Source of the DNA: Albibacterium sp.
Lineage (GTDB): Bacteria > Bacteroidota > Bacteroidia > Sphingobacteriales > Sphingobacteriaceae
Length of the DNA stretch: 64,000 nucleotides
NCBI RefSeq assembly: GCF_035514885.1
Contig: NZ_DATJCH010000023.1
Location: 4,881-68,880 of the forward strand
Reading direction: 5' to 3'
Part shown: in pieces, positions 9,695 to 21,405 of the stretch
Position numbering within the stretch: position 1 is the first letter of the stretch
How the letters are laid out: each line of letters starts with the position of its first letter
Position numbers and translations under genes: made by a program
The notes under the pieces: model-generated
What the model was told of the DNA's origin: nothing
The model's database searches: none
The model's input: the letters and a program-made list of their open reading frames with translations, nothing else

Positions 9695-11188
9695 TTAATA
9701 TTTTTCTAATTCATCTGCAATCTTCCGATCATTGGCCAAACGAGGTAGTTTATTCTGTCCTCCCAACTTCCCATTCGAACGCATATAATCGATAAACGCA
9801 CCTCTTTTCATGCTCCTCATCTTTAATGGCTGAAGCACTTTGCCCTCAATCAAATCAAAATAATAAGGATTTTTCTTTTGTAAAGCCTTATCTACTTCTA
9901 ATCGGAAAGCATCTAAATCTTGAGGTGCTTTATTAAACTCAACAAACCACTCATGAAAAGGCAACTCACCCTCTTTTGGAACTACTTGCGGAGCAACAGT
10001 AAATTCAACAATCTCTATACCCTCCTTTTTAGCTACCGATAGCAAAGCATGTTCTACCTCCTCGCCTATTACATGTTCGCCAAATGCTGAAATGAAATGT
10101 TTAATCCTTCCACTTACAATAATACGATAAGGATTTAAAGAAACAAATTTTACTGTGTCTCCTAAGCTGTAACCCCAAAGGCCGGCATTTGTATTTAAAA
10201 TAAGCACGTAATTAACTCCTAATTCAACCTGCTCTAAAGATAATCGTGTGGGGTTTTCGTTAAAATATTCATCTGCAGGAATAAATTCATAAAAGATTCC
10301 TGAATCAGGAAGCAATAACATGCCTTTCTGTCCTTGCACATCCTGAAAAGCAATAAAGCCCTCTGAAGCAGGATAGGTTTCTATGGAATCTACACTTTTA
10401 CCAATACTCTCTTCTAATTTAGCACGATAGGGTTCATAATTAACTCCACCGTAAACAAAGAGACTAAAGTTTTTGAAAATATCTTTTATCTTTTTCCCAT
10501 CAGCTTTAGCGGATAACCTATCAAAATACATCTGAATCCAAGGAGGAATGCCCGATATCAATCTTAAGTCCTGGTCTATCGTTTCATCTACAATGGCGTC
10601 TATTTTCGTTTCCCAATCTTCAATACAATTCGTTTCAAAGGATGGTAAGCGATTTTTCTGTAGATATTCAGGAACATGATGAGCTACAATTCCAGAAAGC
10701 CTTCCGAAATCAATTCCCTTCTTTTTCTCTAATAAGGGACTTCCTTGAATAAATATTATTTTCCCGTTGACAAAATCATTATTGCCTGTTTCATGAATAT
10801 AGTTCAACAAGGCATCTCTAGCGGCAGTAATTTGCTCAGGAAGAGAAGCTTTCGTTAAAGGAATGTATTTCACACCCGATGTGGTACCAGAGGTTTTAGC
10901 TAAATAGATTGGTTTACCAGGCCATAATACATCAGACTCACCGGCTACAACTCTGTCGATATAGTTTCTTAAACCTTCATAATCTTGAACCGGGACTCTC
11001 TTTTTAAAATCATCATAATTTTTTATTTTATCAAAATGATGATCCTTTCCGAACGCAGTTTTCCTTGCAGAATGTATTAATTCGTTGAGTACTTTCTGTT
11101 GGATTGATACTGCATCTTTACGCCAACGAGTAATTTTCTTTGCATTAATAGCTGCATAGACTTTACTTAATGATGCTTTTAAACCCAT
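9695..11188 (-). CDS. GH3 (auxin-responsive promoter) family adenylating enzyme-like protein
   Basis: 497 aa with an ANL/GH3-type motif (LAKTSGTTSGVKYIP). Length and layout are typical of bacterial GH3-family proteins. Confidence 0.8.
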   Translation of the reverse strand: MGLKASLSKVYAAINAKKITRWRKDAVSIQQKVLNELIHSARKTAFGKDHHFDKIKNYDDFKKRVPVQDYEGLRNYIDRVVAGESDVLWPGKPIYLAKTSGTTSGVKYIPLTKASLPEQITAARDALLNYIHETGNNDFVNGKIIFIQGSPLLEKKKGIDFGRLSGIVAHHVPEYLQKNRLPSFETNCIEDWETKIDAIVDETIDQDLRLISGIPPWIQMYFDRLSAKADGKKIKDIFKNFSLFVYGGVNYEPYRAKLEESIGKSVDSIETYPASEGFIAFQDVQGQKGMLLLPDSGIFYEFIPADEYFNENPTRLSLEQVELGVNYVLILNTNAGLWGYSLGDTVKFVSLNPYRIIVSGRIKHFISAFGEHVIGEEVEHALLSVAKKEGIEIVEFTVAPQVVPKEGELPFHEWFVEFNKAPQDLDAFRLEVDKALQKKNPYYFDLIEGKVLQPLKMRSMKRGAFIDYMRSNGKLGGQNKLPRLANDRKIADELEKY

Positions 11189-11203
11189 GAATTTTTATTG
11201 CTT

Positions 11204-11989
11204 TTAGATAATATTTTCCATGATTGATGGATCTGCATCCCCACGATAGTCGCGCATCATTTTTCGATAAGCAATTATAAATGCTACGCTTGATAGAGGA
11301 ACTATCACAAAAGAATTTACCATGCTTAAACCAGTTGAGATTACTGCATATCCTCGATAGCTGAAATACAAATACAACGAACCAAATAAAGCAAAAAATG
11401 CTAATAGTAAAACTATTCTTATAAAATTACCTCTGGTAGTTGCCAAACTTAAACGGATTGCTTTAAAAGGTTTCACTCCTTTATCCAAGATAAAAAATGG
11501 AAAAAAAGCAATTCTCAAAAACATGCTAAAAGCTAATACAAAAGTTATGAAATAAACGATTTGCACCATTACCTCTACAGATATCAAATAAATCAACGGG
11601 AAAAAGATTACCGAAATTAAAAGGTAGGTTATAAATGCGCCTACAAGTATCGAAACGACACAAGCAAAAAAGTAAATAAGCTCTTTCAGCTCGGGAATAC
11701 TGTCGCGCCACCGAATATCCTCTTGATCACGATCAAGGACTTGAAAAATATGCTTAAACAGGGCTAACTGAAGTCCGAAATAGACAACCAAGAAGAGCAA
11801 TGCCATAAACACACTCAAAACAATACTAATGCTATTCAGATACATTGCCAATATTCCTGAGACATTGGAAACAACGAATAGTAAAAAACAAATGCCGGCA
11901 ATCGCAAAATAACGTTTTTTTAAAACATCCCAAGCGTCGCTTATAACATCGTTAATTACGAAAGTGCTTTCTTTTAGGTATTCAATCAT
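11204..11989 (-). CDS. Hypothetical polytopic membrane protein
   Basis: 261 aa with about 6 hydrophobic segments. I do not recognise the family. Confidence 0.55.
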   Translation of the reverse strand: MIEYLKESTFVINDVISDAWDVLKKRYFAIAGICFLLFVVSNVSGILAMYLNSISIVLSVFMALLFLVVYFGLQLALFKHIFQVLDRDQEDIRWRDSIPELKELIYFFACVVSILVGAFITYLLISVIFFPLIYLISVEVMVQIVYFITFVLAFSMFLRIAFFPFFILDKGVKPFKAIRLSLATTRGNFIRIVLLLAFFALFGSLYLYFSYRGYAVISTGLSMVNSFVIVPLSSVAFIIAYRKMMRDYRGDADPSIMENII

Positions 11990-12118
11990 GAATTTACTTG
12001 GAAAATTTGTTTACAAAGATAGAAAAATAGGAGACAACAAAAATTAGTTTAAACAATAATACCTTACCTTTATCAATATATTTTTAGAACATTTTTAAAA
12101 TTCTATTGTTTTAAGTAC

Positions 12119-12415
12119 ATGAGCAAATTTTCAGAGATAATCAATGCTGACAAGCCCGTATTAGTGGATTTTTCCGCCGAATGGTGTGGTCCTTGCAAAA
12201 TGATGAAACCGATTTTAGACGATGTCAAAAAAACAGTAGGCGATCGGGCAACCATCCTCAAAGTAGACATCGATAAAAATCCGGCTGTGGCCAGATCTTA
12301 TAATATCCAAGGGGTACCAACTATTATTATTTTCAAGAAAGGCGAGTTAAAATGGCGGCAAAGTGGTGTCCGAACAGCAAATGAACTTAGCACTGAACTC
12401 TTAAAACTTAGCTAA
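12119..12415 (+). CDS. trxA: Thioredoxin
   Basis: 98 aa with the WCGPCK active site. Confidence 0.93.
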   Translation: MSKFSEIINADKPVLVDFSAEWCGPCKMMKPILDDVKKTVGDRATILKVDIDKNPAVARSYNIQGVPTIIIFKKGELKWRQSGVRTANELSTELLKLS

Positions 12416-12419
12416 CAAA

Positions 12420-12896
12420 ATGAATATAAGATTTTTAAATTCAATAGGTCTAATAGCACTAATATTCTTGATAAGCAGTTGTTCTACTTTCAAAAAAGCT
12501 CCAGAGGTCACAGTTGTAAGTACTGCTCCTCCGGCCAACAAGATTGAGAATACGACAACAACAAATTCTAGCGGGCAAATTCAAACGATAGCTCCTGAAC
12601 AATTCAATAAACTTCTAGTATTGGATGATATACAACTAGTTGATGTTCGAACAGCTGAAGAATTTCAAACCGGTCATATTAAGGATGCTCTAAACATTGA
12701 TTATAACAAGGACGATTTCAAATCAAAGGTAAGCAGTCTTGACAAAAGTAAACCTGTATTGGTTTACTGCAGATCAGGTAAACGAAGCTCTGGTGCTGCT
12801 GAAATAATGAAAGAATTGGGTTTCACTAAAATCGTCGAACTTGATGGAGGGATGATCTCTTGGGAAGCAGCTAATTTACCAACAAGCCAAGAATAA
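12420..12896 (+). CDS. Rhodanese-like domain lipoprotein
   Basis: Lipobox (LISSCS) and a rhodanese fold with the active-site loop YCRSGKRS. It starts 4 nt after trxA. Confidence 0.8.
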   Translation: MNIRFLNSIGLIALIFLISSCSTFKKAPEVTVVSTAPPANKIENTTTTNSSGQIQTIAPEQFNKLLVLDDIQLVDVRTAEEFQTGHIKDALNIDYNKDDFKSKVSSLDKSKPVLVYCRSGKRSSGAAEIMKELGFTKIVELDGGMISWEAANLPTSQE

Positions 12897-12945
12897 TTTC
12901 CAAATCAACAAATTAAGGTGTAAATTCGCCCACTCAAAATTATCC

Positions 12946-13032
12946 GGAGAGGTGTCTGAGTGGTCGAAAGAGCAAGCCTGGAAAGTTTGTATACTCGCAA
13001 GGGTATCCTGGGTTCGAATCCCAGTCTCTCCG
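12946..13032 (+). tRNA. tRNA-Ser (anticodon GGA)
   Basis: Hand-folded: acceptor GGAGAGG, 3-bp D stem, anticodon stem CAAGC/GTTTG with loop CTGGAAA, long variable arm and T-arm CTGGG-TTCGAAT-CCCAG. Confidence 0.9.
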
Positions 13033-13035
13033 CAG

Positions 13036-13084
13036 AATACAAATGCAATTATCTAGAAAACGGATAGTTGCATTTGTATTTTTA
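13036..13084 (+). terminator. Rho-independent terminator after tRNA-Ser
   Basis: A 13-bp perfect stem (aatacaaatgcaa / ttgcatttgtatt) followed by TTT. Confidence 0.7.
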
Positions 13085-13212
13085 TGAAAGGTAGCAATTA
13101 TTGAAAATAATAGTCAATAGGAAAATAGTTATCTTTGTAATGCCTTGATGCTATAAGGCAAAATTCAAAACCCGTATCATTAATTTGGTAGGGGTTTCAT
13201 AACCTTTCAATT

Positions 13213-13599
13213 ATGAAAAAAATATTTACTTTACTTATCGTTTCGGTATTTATTACCTCATGTGGTGTCATGCAGTTGAATTATAAGGCAACCACCTATT
13301 CAATTGACTATTCTATGTATACTAAAGATGATTTCTTTATTACAGAATCTGAATCTGTTGGATTTGAATATGTACCGGTGGCATCCGTTGGTTCTAGTAT
13401 CGAAACAGGGTATTTAAGTTCTAAGGATGGTGGTAAAAATGAAAAAATCTATGCAACCGCAGAAGATGCATTAGCTTATCTTGTAGTACAGTCTCAAAGA
13501 CTTGGTGCAAATGCCCTTATTGGATTGAAAATAATAAATACTTCTGTAAATCAATTATTTCCGTCATATTCAGCTAGTGGCATGGCTGTGAAAAAATAG
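13213..13599 (+). CDS. Small lipoprotein, possibly YbjQ/UPF0145-like
   Basis: Lipobox (FITSCG). The C-terminal GANALIGLKI resembles the YbjQ family, but the match is weak. Confidence 0.5.
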   Translation: MKKIFTLLIVSVFITSCGVMQLNYKATTYSIDYSMYTKDDFFITESESVGFEYVPVASVGSSIETGYLSSKDGGKNEKIYATAEDALAYLVVQSQRLGANALIGLKIINTSVNQLFPSYSASGMAVKK

Positions 13600-13647
13600 C
13601 AGTATTTCATCAAAACAGCCTTCTAATCCTTAATAATTTAGGTTATT

Positions 13648-13926
13648 TCAAAGGTGTGGCCATCCTTTACGCATACAAACCTCGGTAAATATTCTCTCCC
13701 TTTCGGGTGTAAAATACTTTTGTAGGTTGGTCATCTACACCAACTTCAAAGATAGTAAGCTTTGAATAATAGCATCATAGGTAGCGGCAATATTAGGATC
13801 TATGTGTCTTTGTGCCGGGTATGGTTTAGTTAACCTTTCAGGGTAACACAATAACCAACAATCAAAAAATCCGCTTTCCTCTTTTCCGTAATATACTTGG
13901 TCGAAGTTAAATATAATGGGTAGCAA
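13648..13926 (-). pseudogene. Unknown ORF interrupted by an in-frame TAG
   Basis: The 63-aa ORF (13735-13926, TTG start) continues in the same frame for 28 more codons after a TAG at 13735-13737. No family recognised. Confidence 0.2.
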
Positions 13927-14033
13927 TTTAGTTGATATTTAGACTTAGTTTGTGTTTGTTATATTTTGTAAAAAGTGGCCTAAAGATATTAAAAACGCAA
14001 TATCACTAACCTACGCTTAACCCTAATATCAAA

Positions 14034-14060
14034 GGTTCAAGAACCAGTCTCTCCGCTGAA
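14034..14060 (+). repeat. Degenerate direct repeat of the tRNA-Ser(GGA) 3' end (att-like scar)
   Basis: GGTTCaAgaaCCAGTCTCTCCGCtGAA versus the tRNA sequence GGTTCgAatcCCAGTCTCTCCGCaGAA. That is 22 of 27 identical, including a 13-nt exact run. Confidence 0.7.
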
Positions 14061-14062
14061 CT

Positions 14063-14095
14063 AAGAGCGACTTTTCAAGTCGCTCTTTCTTTTTA
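14063..14095 (+). terminator. Rho-independent terminator following the tRNA fragment
   Basis: Perfect 10-bp stem (aagagcgact / agtcgctctt), 5-nt loop and a T-rich tail. Confidence 0.65.
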
Positions 14096-14176
14096 AAGGC
14101 ACTTTCGTTGGTTTCATATTACCTTTTCTCTATACTGATTTGACACAATGATCACTTTTCATCCAGTTTTCCTTCC

Positions 14177-14728
14177 CTACTCTAGCTCATAGATAAGTTG
14201 AACAACACCCGATTTAAAGATATTGGTTTTAATCAACCTCAACCCTATTCGTTCTTTTAAATTTTCAAATAAAGGCTTCCCACTTCCTAAAGCTATTGGA
14301 TGTACAGATATTCTAAATAAGTCAATAAGACCTAAATTGATAAACGTCTTGATAAGACTCGCTCCACCATATAACCAAATGTCCTTTCCTCCCTGCTTTT
14401 TAATTTCCGTCACCTTATTTGCTATGTCAGATTTAATGAATATAGCTCTCTCATCTTGCCTGTTCTGACTTGAAAAAACAAATTTTTCCTTTGAATGTAC
14501 TTCCTTCCATAACATTTGCTCAGGTATACTCGCATTGATGTCTGGTTGATAATTACCCCAGATATCATAACTCACTCTTCCGTAAAATATGGTGTCTATA
14601 CTTGAAATAAAACCATCAAAATCCATATCATCATCCATTATGCACCAATCAATTTCTCCATTCGGACCTTCAATAAAACCATCTAAGCTTACAGCCAAAT
14701 CTAAAATTACTTTTTTCACTTCTTCCAA
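14177..14728 (-). CDS. Dihydrofolate reductase family protein (RibD C-terminal domain-like)
   Basis: LAVSLDGFIEG...IFYGRVSYD...WLYGGASLI pattern. The start is uncertain (TTG at 14728 or GTG at 14719). Confidence 0.8.
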   Translation of the reverse strand: MEEVKKVILDLAVSLDGFIEGPNGEIDWCIMDDDMDFDGFISSIDTIFYGRVSYDIWGNYQPDINASIPEQMLWKEVHSKEKFVFSSQNRQDERAIFIKSDIANKVTEIKKQGGKDIWLYGGASLIKTFINLGLIDLFRISVHPIALGSGKPLFENLKERIGLRLIKTNIFKSGVVQLIYELE

Positions 14729-14933
14729 TTAGTTTACCTTCGAAAATACTAAAAAGACTGAATCTGCACTTATCACAAAAGAAAAAAGCTGAAGTTCCTA
14801 CGGCAGTCGACAATGCATAAACAGCTTTCCATGCTTCTGATTGTGTCTTTTCAATGTTTACTCTGCTCTTATCTCGCTTTTTCAAAATATTCCAAACTTA
14901 GCACTCATCATATTGTTAAAAATTAAAAACACT

Positions 14934-15152
14934 ATGCCAAAATACATTAAAGTCAAAGAAGAAGAAGTTGGAATTGGGGATAAACTGTTTGTACTACTAG
15001 ACCCTATAACACAACATTTCGAACCCGTCATCATACTTGCTCCTTATGCGGATAGCAAAACCTTTCATGTAGAATACGTAAATGTTGATGCTGAAGACAC
15101 CGATTTCCCGATATCAAATCTTTGGAAAGAAGATATTCTGATTCTAGATTAG
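14934..15152 (+). CDS. Hypothetical small protein
   Basis: An internal ATG (MPKYIKVKEEE) is more plausible than the ORF-track start. No family recognised. Confidence 0.35.
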   Translation: MPKYIKVKEEEVGIGDKLFVLLDPITQHFEPVIILAPYADSKTFHVEYVNVDAEDTDFPISNLWKEDILILD

Positions 15153-15222
15153 AAACCAAAGATATGTAGTCAAATCAAATTTTCAGAAACGGGTTTCCCC
15201 GTTTCCTACTTATTTATAAAAA

Positions 15223-17486
<2,264 letters not shown>

Positions 17487-17720
17487 AAAATTCTGATTTT
17501 GATTATTTGACTATAGGTTTATTGCTATTAAATTACATTCATGAAAGTTTGATCTGTGATAATATCTCAATGGAAGAATACCATTGCAATAGAGAAAGAA
17601 TAGTATAGGTTAGGTCTTTTTTCATATATCGGTTATTGTATGCAATATATAAAACATAGCCATTATTTAAAAAATAATTACCTTTAAGCCCAATAATCAC
17701 CAATTAACCAACAAATACAC

Positions 17721-18575
17721 ATGAAACAACGTCGTGATTTTATAAAGAATCTCAGTGCTCTAGCATTAGGATCGGTATTTTTACCTTCGTTAGCAGAAGC
17801 ATCTATTAAAGGCAGCAGCTTAGGCAAAGTAAAGGATATAGGCATACAGCTGTATACTGTCCGTAAAGAAATGTTAACTGATCCGACTGGAACTTTAAAG
17901 CAATTAGCTGCACTCGGTATAAAAGAAATTGAGTCAGCAAGTGATCCAGCTAAAGGAGCTTACTATGGTCTGCAACCGAAGGAAATGAAACAAATTTGTA
18001 AAGACTTGGGAATGACCTTGCGTAGTGGCCATGTATCACTTAATGGGCAATGGCAACAAACAATGGATAATGCAGCTGAATCCGGACAAGAATATCTGAT
18101 TGTTTCATCATTACCTAGCCGCGGTCAAACAGTTGATAATTACAAGAAAATATCAGAAATGTTTAATAAAGCCGGGGAAGAATGTGAAAAACTGAATATC
18201 AAATTCGGCTATCACAATCATGGAGAGGAGTTTCAGGAAGAAAACGGACAAATACTTTTTGATGTACTTTTGAACAATACAGACCCTAAGCTCGTACACA
18301 TGGAAATGGATATTGGCTGGGTGGTTGCCGCAGGTAAAGATCCGATTCAATATTTTAAGAACTTTAGCGGTCGATTCCCACTATGGCATTTAAAAGACAT
18401 GAATGGTAACACCAGTACTGAATTCGGCAAAGGATCTTTAGATGTAGTCAACCTATTAAAAAACCGTAAACTATCTGGATTAAAATACTTCTTCGTAGAG
18501 CAAGAAGAATATACCAGTACTCCTATGGAGAGTATGAAACAAAATATGGAATATCTGCATAATTTAGATATATAA
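17721..18575 (+). CDS. Tat-exported xylose-isomerase-like TIM-barrel protein (sugar phosphate isomerase/epimerase family)
   Basis: Twin-arginine signal MKQRRDFIKNLSALALG, and conserved FGYHNH...E and DIGW metal-ligand-like motifs. Confidence 0.8.
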   Translation: MKQRRDFIKNLSALALGSVFLPSLAEASIKGSSLGKVKDIGIQLYTVRKEMLTDPTGTLKQLAALGIKEIESASDPAKGAYYGLQPKEMKQICKDLGMTLRSGHVSLNGQWQQTMDNAAESGQEYLIVSSLPSRGQTVDNYKKISEMFNKAGEECEKLNIKFGYHNHGEEFQEENGQILFDVLLNNTDPKLVHMEMDIGWVVAAGKDPIQYFKNFSGRFPLWHLKDMNGNTSTEFGKGSLDVVNLLKNRKLSGLKYFFVEQEEYTSTPMESMKQNMEYLHNLDI

Positions 18576-18626
18576 TAAGCTTCATATTTCAAATCAACAA
18601 TTAACCATTTAACATATAATAAATTC

Positions 18627-21341
18627 ATGAAGCGTATTTTACACTTTACATTAAAGAGTGCATTTTTTTTAGTTTTAATTATTTTTGGATGTAAAACATC
18701 CCAAGACTCCCTAGAAAAACCTGACGACAACAGGTTTACCAAAGTAATACTGGCTCAAAGGCTAGAAGAACCCATGCAGTTTCAAGTTTTGAAAGATGGC
18801 AGGGTTATCATTGCAGAACGCAAAGGCAAGTTAAAAGTTTACGACCCGGCTTCCGGTGATGTAAAGGTTATTGCCAATTTTCCGGTAAGCACCAAATATG
18901 TAAGCAAAGAAGGCGAAGTTACTGAAGGTGAGGATGGATTACAGGGAGTTATATTAGATCCGGATTTTGAAGAGAACAATTGGATATACGTATATTATTC
19001 TCCTGCCGGAGACCCTCCAAAAAACACATTAGAAAGATATGAATGGCTTGGAGACGAACTTATATTAAGTTCCAAAAAAGTAGTTTTGGATGTACCTACT
19101 CAACGTGAGGAATGTTGTCATGTGGGCGGAGGTTTATTGTTCGATAAAGATAAAAACCTTTATCTTAGTACAGGTGATAACACGTTCTCCAGAGCTTCAG
19201 ACGGCTTTTCTCCTCTTGATGAACGTCCGGGAATGTCTGCCGAAGATTCACAAAAAGGTTCTAGTAACACCAATGACCTGAGAGGAAAAATATTAAGAAT
19301 TCATCCTGAAGCCGACGGTACTTATACGATCCCAGAAGGCAACTTATTTCCTGAAGGAACACCTAAAACAAGACCCGAAATATATACAATGGGAAATCGC
19401 AATCCATGGCGACTAACCATTGACAGCAAAACTGGCTGGTTGTATTGGGGAGAAGTAGGTCCAGATGGGTCACAAGACGACTATGAGAAAAGAGGACCTC
19501 AATCTTATGATGAATTTAACCGTGCAAAAGAACCGGGTAACTATGGCTGGCCATATTTTGTAGGGAATAACAGAGCCTATAACGAATATGACTTTGAGAC
19601 CAAAGAATCTGGAGAATTCTATGATCCTGCCAAGCCAATTAACAACTCACCAAACAATACAGGAATGCTCGAACTTCCTCCAGCTATTCCCGCTCTTATA
19701 GAATACTCAAAATCAGAAAGCGAAGAATATCCTTTACTAGGAAGCGGAGGAAACAGCGCAGTGGGAGGTCCAATCTATCACAGATCAGACTTCGACAATC
19801 CCGAACGTCCTTTCCCTGCCTATTATGAAGGCAAATGGTTTATCACTGATTTTGCTCGTGGATGGATCAATTTAGTAGAACTCGACGAACAAGGAGATGT
19901 TAAATCAATGGAAAGCTTCCTTCCTGATGTAAAGTTATTAGGTCCATTAGATATGAAATTTGGCCCTGAAGGTGATCTATATGTAATAGAGTACGGTCAA
20001 GGTTATTTCAAGGATAATCCGGAAGCGCAATTGGTAAGAATCGAATATAATGGAGGCAATAGAAAACCTCAGGTTGAATCTTCTGCTTCTAAGGTTGCGG
20101 GTGCCGTTCCCCTAAAGGTCATTCTTTTTTCTGAAGGAACCCACGATTTTGATGCAGGTGATGTGTTAACTTATGAGTGGAAGATCACCAAGGATAACGC
20201 AGTTTTCAGCACATCGGAAGAAGCCAATCCAGAAGTAACATTCGATGCTCCGGGTATCTATGTTGCAACCCTTACCGTAAAAGACCAAGACGGCGCAAGC
20301 AATAGTAGTTCAGTAGAAATCAAAGTTGGAAATGAGCCACCGGTTGTAAAATTAAATGTTACCTCCGGAAACAGCCAGTTTTTCTTTCCCGGTAAGTCGA
20401 TAAATTATGAAGTAGATGTAACGGATAAAGAAGATGGTAGTTTATCCGATAAGAATATATTGCCTGCACAGATATCAGTTAGCGGAAATTACTTCGCTGA
20501 AGGCTTTAATCCAACCGTACTAGCACAGAAGCAGTTAAGTGTAGATGCATCAGCACAATATGCCGGTGCTATTTCATTGATCAACAACAGTGACTGTAAA
20601 GCCTGTCACTCGGTCAACGAAACTTTACTCGGCCCTGCATTCGTTCAAGTTGCTAAAAAATATAAAGATGATCCTGAAGGACCAGCACATCTAGCTTCAG
20701 TAATTACAAAAGGTGGTGCGGGTGTATGGGGACACGCCAGCATGCCGGCACACCCTAATATGGCGGATGCTGATTTACAATCAATTATAAAATATATACT
20801 TAGCCTGGCATATCCTCCACGCGTTGCAAAAACACTTCCGGCAAAAGGATCTTATACTACGGTTGTTCCTGCAGGTGAAAATGGAACTGGTAGCTTTATT
20901 ATACGTGCTGCTTATACAGATCGTGGAACAAGTACAGCACCGGCACAGTTCTCTGAAGATATTCTTGTCTTACGCAGTCCGTTCCTTTCGTTCAGACAAG
21001 CGAATCAAATTAAGAATACAGAGCTTAATGCGGATAGCACTCGGGCAACTGTAAAAGAAGGTTCAGAATTAAAATTTGACCAAATAGACTTAACAGGAAT
21101 AAGTCAAATAGAACTTATTTCTTCAAGATCAGGAGGACAACAGTCTACTAACCCTGAGACTCAGGGAACGATTGAAATATACGATGGCTCTCCAACCGGA
21201 AAGCTGCTTGGTAAATTTTCTGGCGTATATGCAGGAAAAGAAAGCCTAAAAATCCCAGTAAGCTCCAAAGCAGGCCTAACTGACCTATACATTGTTTTTA
21301 AAGGTGATACTCTGCGTTTAGTCGGAGTCAAACTAAATTAG
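18627..21341 (+). CDS. Multidomain secreted protein: sugar dehydrogenase-like beta-propeller + PKD + c-type cytochrome + CBM-like domain
   Basis: Signal/lipobox (IIFGCK) and an SGDH-like N-terminus (PMQFQVLKDGRVIIAERKGKLKVYD). The PKD-like segment reads TYEWKI...ATLTVKDQDGAS. CKACH lies at 20595-20609 within a c551-like segment (GPAF..VAKKY...GGAGVWG..MPAHP), followed by a C-terminal beta-sandwich. Confidence 0.75.
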   Translation: MKRILHFTLKSAFFLVLIIFGCKTSQDSLEKPDDNRFTKVILAQRLEEPMQFQVLKDGRVIIAERKGKLKVYDPASGDVKVIANFPVSTKYVSKEGEVTEGEDGLQGVILDPDFEENNWIYVYYSPAGDPPKNTLERYEWLGDELILSSKKVVLDVPTQREECCHVGGGLLFDKDKNLYLSTGDNTFSRASDGFSPLDERPGMSAEDSQKGSSNTNDLRGKILRIHPEADGTYTIPEGNLFPEGTPKTRPEIYTMGNRNPWRLTIDSKTGWLYWGEVGPDGSQDDYEKRGPQSYDEFNRAKEPGNYGWPYFVGNNRAYNEYDFETKESGEFYDPAKPINNSPNNTGMLELPPAIPALIEYSKSESEEYPLLGSGGNSAVGGPIYHRSDFDNPERPFPAYYEGKWFITDFARGWINLVELDEQGDVKSMESFLPDVKLLGPLDMKFGPEGDLYVIEYGQGYFKDNPEAQLVRIEYNGGNRKPQVESSASKVAGAVPLKVILFSEGTHDFDAGDVLTYEWKITKDNAVFSTSEEANPEVTFDAPGIYVATLTVKDQDGASNSSSVEIKVGNEPPVVKLNVTSGNSQFFFPGKSINYEVDVTDKEDGSLSDKNILPAQISVSGNYFAEGFNPTVLAQKQLSVDASAQYAGAISLINNSDCKACHSVNETLLGPAFVQVAKKYKDDPEGPAHLASVITKGGAGVWGHASMPAHPNMADADLQSIIKYILSLAYPPRVAKTLPAKGSYTTVVPAGENGTGSFIIRAAYTDRGTSTAPAQFSEDILVLRSPFLSFRQANQIKNTELNADSTRATVKEGSELKFDQIDLTGISQIELISSRSGGQQSTNPETQGTIEIYDGSPTGKLLGKFSGVYAGKESLKIPVSSKAGLTDLYIVFKGDTLRLVGVKLN

Positions 21342-21359
21342 TTCAATCATTCTATCAAA

Positions 21360-21393
21360 CCAAAAGGGATCGTAATTGATCCCTTTTGGCTTT
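21360..21393 (+). terminator. Rho-independent terminator
   Basis: Perfect 12-bp stem (ccaaaagggatc / gatcccttttgg) with a 6-nt loop. Confidence 0.75.
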
Positions 21394-21405
21394 AATTAAT
21401 ATAAC

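Noticed and set aside
14670-14885. 71-aa minus-strand ORF upstream of the DHFR-like gene
   Set aside because: It overlaps the DHFR-like gene start, has no recognisable features, and looks like intergenic or promoter DNA.
18347-18742. 131-aa minus-strand ORF
   Set aside because: It overlaps the end of the TIM-barrel gene and the start of the dehydrogenase fusion, and has no family resemblance.
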